Positions 38,927 to 51,060 of a stretch of DNA of 64,000 bases are shown piece after piece. A program made the position numbers and the translations under genes. Under the pieces are notes generated by a model. It did no database searches and was not told where the DNA came from. It was given only the letters and a program-made list of their open reading frames with translations. Source of the DNA: Felis catus. Taxonomy: Eukaryota. Position 1 is the stretch's first letter. Each line of letters starts with the position of its first letter. The DNA is taken from NCBI RefSeq assembly GCF_018350175.1, contig NC_058369.1, positions 11,224,001-11,288,000 of the forward strand, given 5' to 3'.

Positions 38927-40087
38927 GAAACTTGAATTTCATATAATTTTACATGTTGTGAAATATAGCCTTTTTTTTTTTACTGTTTCATTAAAAAAAT
39001 GTATTGACATCAAAATGATTCAGAAAGACTCTTAACCAACATCCACCTTCTGTGCACTTCTCTCCCCCAGACTGTAGTGATAAAATATAGCATGTGCCTT
39101 CTATATTTTCAAGAAAGTCAAATATGTTGCAAAAATGGATCTGGCTGTTTGGGTTTTAGTGATTGGCATTCGGTTCACTCCTTTTCTTCCCCCTGCCCCC
39201 AGAAACCCTCCTACACACTTGCCTCTTCTAATTTGACTACCTGGCAATGTAGGATCCCAATGTATCTCAACTACCAAATTATTTCAGCTGTCGCCCACAA
39301 AGAAGAAATCAGGAGGAGGTTTCTACCTTCTCTTTCAACTGGCTGGGCTCCAGGGTTGCAGGAAAAATAATAATAACTAAGTTGTGAAACAGAAAATCCT
39401 ATCTAAAATCTGCCATCCAGTGTGAGCTTTCTAATATTACCTATTATCGGACGCATTAATGCTACGGTTACCACTAAGCCTACCTTCGTGGATACTAGCT
39501 TTAAAGTTTTGATTATCCAACAGAATTATCAAAAGTAGCCCACAAAATGTTTTTCTTTTTATTTGTTTCCAAACATTTTAAACTCTTAAAAATCAGGGGT
39601 GCCTTGGTGGCTGGGGCGCCTGGGTAGCTCCGTTGGTTAAGTGTCCGACTCTTGATCTCAGCTCAGTATGAGAGCACAGTAACACTTCTTTCTCTATACA
39701 TGGGACTTTATTGGGTGACGCAAAGCAATTTGGAGACTCGGACCCTGAGGCTCAGAGAGGGAAAATGTGCCAACGTCATAAGCTAGATCAGGGCAGAGGG
39801 GGGGATTCCGATCCAGCATAGTGTGACCCCAAAACTTGACCCCTCCCTCCACCGTGCTGGATGCCCTCTCAGGTGAGTGCCCAAGGTCACGCTGCAGCCC
39901 CATGTGGGGCTCAGTGTGGGGGGGACAGGGGCAAACGGTGGATCAGCTGGTGAAAAAGAAAGGCACATCCAGGAAGGCACGAGGAAAGATGCAGGAAGGC
40001 TACAGCCTGAGGCCCTGGAGGGGAAGCTCCTACTTTTAAACGTACGTTTAGATTTGGGGGGAGTCACTCCTATCTCTGTGAACCTAG

Positions 40088-41310
40088 TGGGTGGTCCCCA
40101 AGACCACCCTCAGGTTCAATGCTTCACTAGGAGTCACAGGACTCAGCAAAATTGTTACACTCACAGTTTATTACAGGGAAAGGATACAGATGAAAACCAG
40201 CAAAGGTAAAAAGCACATGGCGGGGAGGGTCCAGAAGAGACCAGCCAACAGGGGACCAGTTGTCCCCTCCCTGTGGGTTTGTATAGACGCACTTAATTCT
40301 CCCAGCAATGATGTTTGACAACACACGTAGTATATTGTCAACCAGGGAAGCTCCTTGAAAAAAATTCCTCGTCCAGAATTTTCACTGAAGGTAGGCCGCT
40401 GTAATATCGTCCTACGGCTGCCATAATAAAACACCACAGACAGGGTGACTTAAACAAGAAAGATTTATTATTTTCTTGCAGTTCTGGAGGCCAGAAGTCT
40501 GAGATCAAGGCATCAGTAGGGCTGGTTCCTTCTGGGGCCTCTCTCCTTGGCTGGTAGATGGCCGTCTTCTGTGTCCTCATATGCTCTCCCCTCTGTGCAC
40601 ACACATCTCTGTGTCCAAATTTCCTCTTCTTATGAGGACACCAGTTACCTTGGATTAGGGCCCACCTTAAAGATTTCATTTGTTTCAATCACTGTTTAAA
40701 GGCCCCATCTCCAGGGGCGCCTGGGTGGCACAGTCGGTTAAGCGTCCGACTTCAGCCAGGTCACGATCTTGCAGTCCATGAGTTTGAGCCCCGCGTCGGG
40801 CTCTGGGCTGATGGCTCAGAGCCTGGAGCCTGTTTCCGATTCTGTGTCTCCCTCTCTCTCTGCTCCTCCCCCGTTCATGCTCTGTCTCTCTCTGTCCCAA
40901 AAAATAAATAAACGTTGAAAAAATAAAAATAAAAATAAAAATAAAAAAAATAAATAAATAAAGGCCCCATCTCCAGATACAGTCACATCCTGAGGTACTG
41001 GGATGGGGGGGAAGGGGGAGGGAGTCAACATATGAATTTGGTGTAGACACAATTCAGCCTATAACAGCCACGTAGACACGGTTGACCACCCATGTGTCTG
41101 GCCTTGGTTATTCAGTCTCTTGCCCCTCTAGAGGTCAGACTGATACCTCTTGGGTCAGTGTGGCCCAAGGTCCCCACTATAAACCACGTGGTTAGCATGG
41201 CCCCCCAGGTATACAAAGGGATTCTTATCAAGTAGGATACTCCAAGGGCTTAGGGGCTACCTCCCAGGAGCCAGTCAAGGGCCAGATGTTTCTGTGGATG
41301 ACACAGTAGA
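40088..41310. mobile_element. Nested elements: MER21-like LTR, containing an MLT1-like LTR (-, 40400-41065), containing a young Can-SINE (+, 40713-40960)
   Basis: ggtccccaagaccaccctcaggttc end of the outer element; MLT1 ends tgtaat...ataaca flanked by gccgc/gccac; SINE TSD aaaggccccatctccag. Confidence 0.8.
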
Positions 41311-42552
41311 GCCAAGAGACCTGGGAGAGAGGAGAGAGAAGGTAAGGAATGACACGGGGTCTCTGCCTGGCCCTGCCCACCAGGCCACTTGCCCCACCTA
41401 ACTGGTCTGTCACCCCTCTCCAGGCTGCCTCCCCTTCCTGTGGAACAGCCAGAGGTCCTACAAGCTGGACACCAATGGCAGCTCTTGGCATGCCAGCTGG
41501 TGGCCAGTTGTTGAAGGTGTCCTGGGGCCTGTGTAGGGGCCTGGAGAGCAGGAGGGCCCCGCAGACCTACAGCTGATGGAAGGAGGGCTCTGCACAGGGA
41601 GCTGGGGGCTCTGATGCACCTTCGCTTCCACTCTACAGCTTGTCTGCTGGGCTTTGCCGAGGGCCACTGAGAGGCTCCGGCCAAGATATGCCACCCCACT
41701 AACTGCCTGCCAGGTGACGCCACATTCCGCCTCAGGAAGCTGCCTCATGGTGCCTTGGCCACCCTCTGCCCCTCTAGCTGCTTGAAGCCACCCTGGTGGA
41801 TGTCTCTGAGCAGCCACCTGTTCCCTGGCTCCTCTGAGGATGGACTCCCAGCCAGGCAAGTGCCTCTTCACCCTGGAAGATGCCTCCTGCAGGTGAGCCT
41901 CAGGCACAGGGGCAACTGAGAATGACAAAAGTGGGTGGGGGGAGCTGGGAGCCTGTTCCCCATAACCTTCTCTATCTTCTAGTCCCGGGAACAGAGGGCC
42001 TAGGGAGATGGCATACAGGAGGCTTAGCCCACAGACACACACCCCACCGCCATTGTCCCCACCCCCACAGCCTGGATAACAGGGGGCGCGTAATTCTTCC
42101 TTTTGGATGGATAAGGAAATGGAGGCCTAGAGAGAATGTCTGCATTTAGGGCTCCCAAGAAGCCGACTCTAAGATAAGGATTCAAGTGCAGGAAGTTTAT
42201 TTGGGAAGTGATCTAGGAAATGCTGGAAGGGGGGTGGAGGTGTGAGAAAGGGAAGGGAAGAGAAGGAAGGCAGTAAAGAGTGTGCTGATATTCAAGTTTC
42301 CAGTGTGGGCAGCTGGAACTCAGTCCCAGGGGAACCCATGGGGGTCAGTGTGGAACATACACATCAGTCATCCCACATGAGGGGTGAGGGAGCTGGGGTA
42401 CTTATCCACCACCCCCCACGGTCTGCCACAGGGGTGCAGAGCTCTGTGCAAACCTCACCAGCCCCCTCTGCCCGCATTTCTTCTTTCAAAAAATCCCCAT
42501 TCTGCTGGGGCTATCCATCAAGCAGCCAGCGAGAGCATTTGGGGGAAAGAGA

Positions 42553-42585
<33 letters not shown>

Positions 42586-42826
42586 CTCCTAAATCCAAAC
42601 AGCAACTACCAAAATCCGGATTAATAATCGTACACACTTCACAAAATTTGAAAATTAGTATACATAGCCATTTTATTAACACTTACCATGAATTTCTGGT
42701 TGTTAAGAAAGAATCATAGCCAACTGTGAATTAAATGAGCTACAATGTAGACAAATAAATGTAACAGGGAAAGTGCAGAAACACAGTCAAAGGAGTTTAC
42801 CAAAAATGAAGATTGATGTGGTACAT

Positions 42827-43038
42827 GTTTTTTTAAGTTTATTTATTTATTTTGAGAGACAGAGAGAGCAGCATGAGCAGGGGAGGGGCAGAGAGAGGTG
42901 GGGAGAGAGAATCCCAAGCAGGCTCTATGCTGTCAGCGCAGAGCTCGATGAGGGGCTCAACCTGATGAACCATGAGATCATGACCTGAGCCAAAATCAAG
43001 ATTCACATGCTTAACCGACTGAGCCACCCAGGCACCCC
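42827..43038 (-). mobile_element. Can-SINE
   Basis: Typical structure. Confidence 0.9.
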
Positions 43039-43289
43039 AGTGGTTGAATGTTTTTTAATCATTTGATGGGTGATTCTAAGGGCTGATCTCATCCCCACAT
43101 CAGCCTCCAGCTTCTTGGAGGCTCTGGGGTACCCTCCCTGATGGGGCCCTCTTCCTGTACCCCCTGCCTTGGACTTGTGAACAGGTGTTGTGTTGACCCT
43201 GACCTCTCTCCCCACTGTCTGCAGCTACCTCAAACACATCTGGGGTGAATCCTACTGCTCTTCAGCCTGATTCCTCCCAAACACACACA

Positions 43290-43545
43290 TCCAAGACAAA
43301 TGAACATAACCTGAGAGACGTGTAGGACACTAACAAGCATACTAACATACACATAACGGGAGTCCCAGAAGGAGAGAAAAGGATAAAAAAAAAAAAAAAA
43401 AAGTTGAAGAAATAATTGCACCAAAAAAAAAAAAAAAAACCTCCCAGAGTTGATGAAAGATATGAATCTACACATCCAAGAAGCTCAACAAACTCCAAGT
43501 AGGACAAACACAGACATCCACTCTGAGACACATGATAAGCAAACA
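43290..43545 (+). mobile_element. L1 ORF1 remnant
   Basis: ggagtcccagaaggagag and the peptide MKDMNLHIQEAQQTPSR. Confidence 0.8.
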
Positions 43546-44121
43546 CTCACGACCTCCTCTTGTGCAAACCTCTTGGCCACCACCCCCTCCTATCCAGGCC
43601 TCTGGTATCTGGCACCTGATCTCCCACCTGGACATTCAGCAGTGAACAAAACAGGCAAGCCTCTGGTGGAGTCCCAGGTTAGACAATTAAGGAGATGAAC
43701 TAGAACAAAGCATTGCAGCTATTAAGCTCAGGCTGCGACAGTGTTCAGAGAAATGAAATACAATGAGGTAATAGTGAGTGGACAGTGGTGGGTGTTGAAG
43801 GAGGGCCTCCTAAGGAGGTGCTTTTAGAACTAAAGAAGAGAAAGAGGCAAATTCAGAGGAACCAAGTCTTCCCACACAGAGGGAACTACTTGTGCAAAGG
43901 GATTGGGACAGTTTGATGTAAAGGAGGACCAGAGAGAAGGTCATGGTGAGCAATGGAGACAACAAAGGAAATGAGGCTAGAACTCTTACTGGGAATCTGG
44001 GTTTTATTCTAGGTGGGATGAGCAGTCATGGAAAGACTGTACAGCAGGGGTGGGGCGTGCTGGAATCTGACTTCAGCTTTTTAAGAAGACCCTGGGCACT
44101 GCACAGAGAATGAAATGTAGG

Positions 44122-44632
44122 TGTGAGGCAGGTTACATTTTCCAAGGTGGCCACAGTATCTCCCAGCCCACATCCTGTTCACAAGGTCACCTTGACACAT
44201 TGCCCACTGAGAGGAGTGGGGTCTATGAATCTGGCTCCAGAAGTGACACAACATGACACCCAAGGCTGGGTCAGGAAAGGTGATGCAGCATCTGTCCTGT
44301 TCACCTTCGGAGTCCTGGGTGGCCATGAGTGAAGTCTGGTCATCCTGACTACTGACCTGCTGGGAAGAAGGCCGGACCGTAGGGAGAGGCCCACGTAGCA
44401 GCCCCAGTCCACAGCCTGTGAAGAGGTCCCAGCCCTCAGGACCTGTGAGTGACCTTGCCTCCAGATGATTCCAGCCACGTCTGTTGAGTTCCCCCTGAAC
44501 CATTGATTGAGTGGAAACAATCAATGTCAGCTCTGGCCTGCCAAAATCCCTTACCCATGGCACCTGTGACATAAAATGGCTTTCACACCACTAGTTTGGG
44601 GGGTGGCTTGTTAAACATCAGTAGTAACCGGA
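44122..44632 (+). mobile_element. MaLR solo LTR (MLT1-like) just upstream of the SYDE1 promoter
   Basis: tgtgaggcaggttacattttccaaggtggcc ... ccactagtttggggggtggcttgtta...taacc. Confidence 0.7.
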
Positions 44633-44899
44633 ATGGGGGGTGGGAGAGTTAGGTGGAGGACGGAGGCGCCCCGAGGGGCATCCAGGATACCAAAAAACAG
44701 GAGCTGTCATGGAAAGGAGAGAGGGCAGGGCTTGCACCAGGCTGGGGCAGTAGATGGGGGAGGATAGGAGAGGAAATACGGGCAAGATGCGTTTTGAAGG
44801 TAAACCCAGCATGACGCGCTGTGTTCCATCACCAAAGCAGGGTGGGTAAGAGGGAAGACGAGGGCTGTGCCATGATAGTCCCAGGGGGAGCGAGGAAGG

Positions 44900-45600
44900 C
44901 AGCCTAGAGCCCCCATTCCCTCCCCACCCGGCCCGGGCGACTACATCTCCCAGCATCGCTCGCTCAGGCCGCGGGAAGGGGAAAAAAAAAAAAAAAAAAA
45001 AAAAGTTTGGGCCAAGCATTCCCGGAATGCGCTTCCTGCTGGCGCGGAGCGGGGGGCGGGCGGGGCGGGCGGGACGGGGAGGGCAGGGGGGCGGCGCGGC
45101 CGGAGCCCGGGGCGCGCACTCGGCCCGGCCCGGGCCCCAGCATGGCCGAGCCGCTCCTCAGGAAAACCTTCTCCCGCCTGCGGGGCCGGGAGAAACTTCC
45201 CCGGAAAAAGTCGGACGCGAAGGAGCGCGGTGAGCGCGGCGGGGGGGAGGGGGACGGCGGAGGAGGGGGTGCCGAACCCCGCCTGGCCCGGGAGGGTGGG
45301 GGGGTCCTGGAGCCCCGAGGAGGGCCGGCTGCGGCGGCTAGGGGAGCCCCGCGGAGTCCCCTGCGGCCCGGGGTGGGGGACCAAGAGTGGGCAGGGGTCC
45401 TGGAAGGAAGGGGCTGGGCAGGGGGAGAGGGGGCGCGGACCGTTATGCGCGCCCGGCCGGGGATGCCAGCGCTGCGGGCGCCTTAGGAGGCCCGGGAGGG
45501 GGGCCTCGCCCCTGACAGGAAATGGGGCCGAGACCGAGCGCCTGGAGGGCGGAGGGGAGGAGGAGTTGGGAAGCTGGCAAACGGGCCCCACTCAGGCCAG
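44900..45600 (+). promoter_or_regulatory. SYDE1 CpG-island promoter
   Basis: Very CpG-dense region, stacked GC boxes (GGGGCGGG) at 45051-45075, a 22-nt A tract at 44983-45004 and the palindrome GCATTCCCGGAATGC at 45016-45030, immediately upstream of the ATG. Confidence 0.85.
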
Positions 45601-48600
45601 GCCCGGGACACTCTGCACCCCTCCAGGATGGGAGATGGGTAGCGAAGTCCTGCAGAGGAGGGAGAGGGGCGGTGCATCAACCCCAGTAGCCACCCGCCGG
45701 CCCCCTCCTATTAACCAGTGACTGCAGCTGCACCCACCTTAGGCAGCCCCAGGAAACTGTCCCCTTTATGCAGGAGGGGAAACTGAGGCACGGAGCTGTT
45801 GGGTAATTTGCCCAGAGCCAATGAAGTGAGTTAAACAGCGCTTTGGACTATGCTGCTAATAGAGACCCCCGAGGCAGAGTCCAGGGTGTTGGAAATCAGA
45901 GTTGACCAGAGGAGGGACTCTACCAGCCAGAAGACAGGACCTTGAGGAATTGGGAGCTGCGTGGGACAGAAAGTCCCGGGAAGGAAGGTGTTAAAGGAGG
46001 GAGGCCTGAGGACTCCACATCTGAGCTCCCCCCCCCCCCGCCCCCACCACCGCCAGCCCTTCCCAAAGATTCCCAAGGCTCCTAGAGCAGAGAGAAGGGA
46101 CCGGGGTGCCCACGCACAAACACAGACAGGAAACAGCCCAGGATGTCAGAGAGGGGAGGACGGTAGAACAGAGGAGAGGCCCCAAGACATTGACCATGGG
46201 GATCTGGACTGCGCTGAGAGACAGGGCCCACTCCAGGATAGGGAAAGAGTTTGGAAGACAAGCTCTTAAGAGGTGGGGGGTTGGGGGGGGGGATGTTGCA
46301 GGAATGGGAGGACAGAGCACTAGCCGACGTGCCTGCTCCTGTCTTCCTAAGGAAGCAAGCCAGCGTTCACTGTGGGCTGTGTGCTTGACCGTAACCTGGA
46401 TGCCTAGGAAGCATTCCCCACACCGAGCTCTCTGATGCCTCCCTGGAGGGGGGCATTGACTTACCCCCCCCCATTTCACAGAAGGCCACTGAGGCTCAGA
46501 GATGGAAAGCAATTTGCCCAAAGCCACCCAGTAAGAAGGGACAGGAGCAGGGCTCCATGCCAGGGGTGGGAGGTAGAGCTGAGAATGCAGGGCCCAGGTC
46601 TGGAGAAACCCCACTGGACCCCTGAGGCTGAAGGGCAGAGGGACAGAATCCCGTCTGGGACCCCAGGAACTAAGAGGGGGTGGGCTGTAAGCTGGCAACC
46701 AGTGAGACTGCTGGCCTGTGCCCGCCCATTCCAAACAAACAAGTGGAGTGAATGCCAGAGCCGCGTGCACCCCGGCCCTGGCCCCTGCTGGGGAAAGAGC
46801 TCTTCGCTGGGGCTGCACTGGGGGCAGCAGGCGGTAGCTGGGTGTCACTCCCCTTGCTCTCTGCCAGGCCGGCCAGCCCAGCGCCCGGAGCCCAGTCCTC
46901 CAGAGCCAGAGCCCCACGCCCCCGAAAAGTCCCAGGCTGGGGCAGAGGGCCCCCCTAGCCCCGAGGCATCCCGGAGCCCAGCTCGGGGGGCCTACCTGCA
47001 GAGCCTGGAGCCCAGCAGCCGCCGATGGGTGCTGGGTGGGGCCAAGCCACCAGAAGAGGCTGCTTTGGGGCCCAGGGCGCCCGGCAGCGGGGAGCCCGCG
47101 GGTGAGATCTGGTACAACCCTATCCCTGAGGAAGACTCCAGACCCCTGGCACCTGAGCCCCCGGGGCCACAGCCAGGCTCAGCGGAGCCAGAGGGCCCAG
47201 CCTCGCAAGGTGAGCACAAGCCTCAGACCTCCGGCCCCCCAAGATGACCACAAGCCTCACCCCGGTCCCAAGCCCAGGCTTCTGACCCCTGAGGTATGCT
47301 GTTCCCCAGGCGCGGCCCCTGCCAGCCCCCCAGCCAAAGCCTCCCGCACGAAGTCCCCCGGCCCAGCCAGGCGCCTCTCCATGAAGATGAAGAAGCTGCC
47401 TGACCTTCGGCGCCGCCTGAGCCTGCGGGGCACCCGGGCGGGCCGCGAGCGTGAGAGGGCCGCCCCCGAGGGCTCCGTCATCAGCCGCTACCACCTGGAC
47501 AGCAGTGTGGGGGCCCCTGGCCGGGCGGCAGGGGCTGGGGCCACACGGGGCCCTCGGGCCGGTTACCTCAGTGACGGGGACTCTCCGGAGCGCCCAGCGG
47601 GGCCCCCATCGCCCACTGCCTTCCGGCCCTACGAGGCGGGCCCCCCAGCCCGAGCGCCGCCCGCCGCACTCTGGGGCCGCCTCAGCCTACACTTGTACGG
47701 GCTGGGGGGGCTGCGGCCGGCACCTGGGGCCACCCCCAGAGACCTGTGCTGCCTACTGCAGGTGGATGGGGTGGCCCGGGCCCGAACGGGGCCGCTGAGG
47801 GGGGGGCCCGACTTCCTGCGGCTGGACCACACCTTCCACCTGGAGCTCGAGGCTGCCCGGCTGCTGCGGGCCCTGGTGCTGGCATGGGACCCCGGTGTTC
47901 GGCGACACCGGCCCTGTGCCCAGGGCACTGTGCTGCTACCCACGGTCTTCCGAGGTAGGATACGTGGCCGCAAGGGAAGAGCGGTTGGCACAGGACTCGG
48001 CTCCCCTTTTCCCCCAGAGTGTCCGGGGCCTGGGGGGTGGCTTGGAGTAGGGGGCCAGGGCACAGGAGCCTGTGGGGGCAGACCCCACAGGCCTCCTTGT
48101 GTCTTCAGGGTGCCAGGCCCAGCAACTGGCCGTGCGCCTGGAGCCCCAGGGGCTGCTGTATGCCAAGCTGACCCTGTCAGAGCAGCAGGAAGCACCAGGC
48201 ACAGCTGAGCCCCGCGTCTTTGGGCTGCCCCTGCCGCTGCTGGTGGAGCGGGAACAGCCCCCCGGCCAGGTGCCCCTCATCATCCAGAAGTGCGTTGGGC
48301 AGATCGAGCGCCGAGGGCTGCGGGTGAGCCCCTTGCCCCATCCCAGCTGGCCCCCAGACCTCAGACCTACACCCCCAGGGCACCCCGCGTACAGAGGCCA
48401 GGCCTTCCCCACACGTGCACCCTGCCTGGGACACTCCTAGCTCCAATCCCAGCTTAGACAAGGGCAGAAGGCTCCCCTAGACCATAGCACCCAACCCAGA
48501 ACCCAGGGTCCCAGACCTTCTGGAGCTCAGAGCCTGATGGGAGAAAAGACACGATCCCCGAAACTCACAAGTGTAAAACTGTGGCTGGGACAAGAGGGGA

Positions 48601-51018
48601 GAAGCAGGGAGAGAGCAGGTCCTTAAAGCAGGACCTGACCTCTGGTTGGGGTAGTCAGGAAAGACTCCCCAGAGGAGGTGACAAGTGACCGGAGGACAAG
48701 TGAGCCAAGCAGAGGGCTTACGCGGCCAGCTTGTTCAGGGAGCCATGGTGGGGACACCACGACAGGTGTCAGAGGGGCAGGAAGGCAGCTGGTAAAGCTG
48801 CAGCCAGCCCCCAGGCCCTCAGCCCACTGCCACCCTGACCCGGGCCTCCAGCCCTCAGCCTACCCGGCCCTCATCAGTTTGTAGCACTGGCAAGAAGACA
48901 TCTCTCTGCGCCCACCCCCAGGTGGTGGGACTCTACCGCCTGTGTGGCTCGGCAGCTGTCAAGAAAGAACTTCGGGATGCCTTTGAGCGGGACAGTGCAG
49001 CCGTCTGCCTCTCCGAGGACCTGTATCCCGATATCAATGTCATCACTGGTCAGCATGCCCCTGCCTACCCCCGCCTGCTCCCCATTCAACCTTCGCCTCA
49101 AGGGAGTCCCTGTGGTCCCTCTGGGACCTCACCCTTTTCTCTCTGGCTTTGTTTTCATCTTTCTGTGCCTGCCCTCCTCTTCCCCCTCCCAGCCCCAGCT
49201 GACTCCTCCAGACTCAGAAGCCAGGGGTGCCCTGACCAGAGTGGGCCCTGTGTCCACAGGCATCCTCAAGGATTATCTTCGGGAGTTGCCCACCCCGCTC
49301 ATCACCCAGCCCCTCTATCAGGTGGTGCTGGAAGCCATGGCCCGAGGACCCCCAAGCAGGGCACCCTCCAGCACTGAGGGCACCCGTGGGCTCCTCAACT
49401 GCCTGCCGGATGTGGAGAGGGTGAGTTGGGCCTGGTGGGAGTGGGCAGGACTCATAGCGGGCTGACACCAGTAGAGTGTTTCATCCACACCTGAGCCCAT
49501 GATGTGCACGAGCATGTGGCTATTAGGTGCTATCAGAATCCCCACTTCATAGCTATGGAAACCTAGGCCCAGAGCAGTTGAGTGAGTTGCCCAAGGTTGC
49601 ACAGCCAGAACATCACAAAAATGGAGGCTCTGAATACAGGTCTGTCAACCTACCACAAGGGAGGTTCCTGGCTGTGGAATCCTAGGGAAGTCCCGACCCT
49701 CTGTGCCTCAATACCCTCATCTGTAAAATGGAATTAATGCTAGCCCTGACTAACACACAGAGGAGTGGGTTCAAATCCAAGCTCTGCCATTCCAAAACTA
49801 AGTTACCTTTGTCCTCAGTCTCCCTTCCAGCAAAATGGGATCATAATAGTAGTATCGAAGCCTTAGCTCGGCCATCAACCACTATGAGATCTTGAGTTTC
49901 CCCACTCCGGGCCGCGTTCGTCTACCCGCCCCTCCCCCCCCCCCCCCCCCCACCAGGTGTGACAGGGGACCAGTCAGCCTCACGATTCCCAACCTTCTTC
50001 TCTCAGGCCACGCTGACGCTTCTCCTGGACCACCTGCGCCTCGTCTCCTCCTTCCACGCCCACAATCGCATGACCCCGCAGAACCTGGCCGTGTGCTTCG
50101 GTCCCGTGCTGCTACCGGCGCGCCAGTCACCCGCCAGGCCCCGCATCCGGAGCTCTGGCCCGGGCCCCACCAACGCTGTGGACTTCAAGCGCCACATCGA
50201 GGTGCTGCACTACCTGCTGCAGGCCTGGCCAGGTGAGCCCGCCTCCGGCCCTCACCACCAATCAAGGCCAGGCCGCCGCAGCGGCGCTTTCTCGGGCGAC
50301 GAATCAGAGTCTCGAGCTTCAGGCATGCCACGCCCCCTCACCAGGGTAAACCGGTACCTGGTAGCCCCGGCAACCCGTCCATCTAGAGCCAATCCAAGCT
50401 TGACGCGGTCAGAGGCCCTGCCTCTTGACACGCCCTTCAGAGGGCCGGTTGCCTAAGCAACCAGTTCTAGCTCCGCCAGTGAACTCGCGATGCGGTTGCA
50501 GGGCTTTTCTTTCGTCAGGGCCAATCAGGGGCCTGGTTACCTGGGCAGCCAATCAGAGGTCTGGCTTCTCGCGTGGCGCGTGACGCCGTCACGAGCCCCG
50601 CTCTCCCTCCGCAGATCCCCGCAGGCCCCCGGAGCCTCCGGACGTCGCCCCGTACGTGCGGCCCAAACGGCAGCCGTCGCTGCACTTGCCACTCGCCAGC
50701 CCCGAGGTGGTGACTCGGCCCCGCGGCCGGGGCGGCCCCGAAAGTCCCCCGAGTAACCGCTACGCGGGTGACTGGAGCGTTTGCGGGCGGGACTTCCTGC
50801 CGTGCGGGCGGGACTTTTTGTCCGGGCCGGACTACGAGCACGTGACGGGCAGCTGCAGCGAGGACGAGGACGAGGATGCGGGCGAGCCGGCGGGCGCCGC
50901 TGACTTCGACGATGACTTCGAGGCGCCCTTCAACCCGCACCTGAACCTCAAAGACTTCGACGCCCTCATCCTGGACCTGGAGAGAGAGCTCTCCAAGCAG
51001 ATAAACGTGTGCCTCTGA
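45142..51018 (+). CDS. SYDE1: Rho GTPase-activating protein SYDE1 (spliced CDS, 735 aa). Coding exons 45142-45229, 46868-47209, 47310-47954, 48109-48323, 48922-49048, 49260-49420, 50007-50232, 50615-51018
   Basis: Joined exons total 2208 nt, all GT-AG and phase-consistent. N-terminus [18 protein letters not shown], Pro-rich region, C2-like segment (exon 3), RhoGAP domain (VFGLPL...[11 protein letters not shown]...GLYRLCGS...[11 protein letters not shown]...[17 protein letters not shown]), C-terminus [13 protein letters not shown]. Confidence 0.97.
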
Positions 51019-51060
51019 GCCGGGCGGGGCGGGACCCCGGTCACTGGGGCCCCGGGCTCC
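50230..51060. promoter_or_regulatory. Intragenic CpG island over SYDE1 intron 7 and exon 8 with CCAAT and X-box motifs
   Basis: High CpG density. CCAAT at 50258, 50389, 50521, 50549; GGTTGCCTAAGCAACC at 50447-50462. Confidence 0.6.

Noticed and set aside
44941..48412. Long antisense and alternative-frame ORFs over SYDE1 (e.g. 45991-46917, 308 aa)
   Set aside because: Expected from stop-codon scarcity at very high GC; low-complexity Pro/Gly/Arg content, partly through MIR-like sequence.
50782..50835. Tandem [18 protein letters not shown] repeat in SYDE1 exon 8
   Set aside because: As I recall it is a normal feature of mammalian SYDE1, not a lineage novelty.
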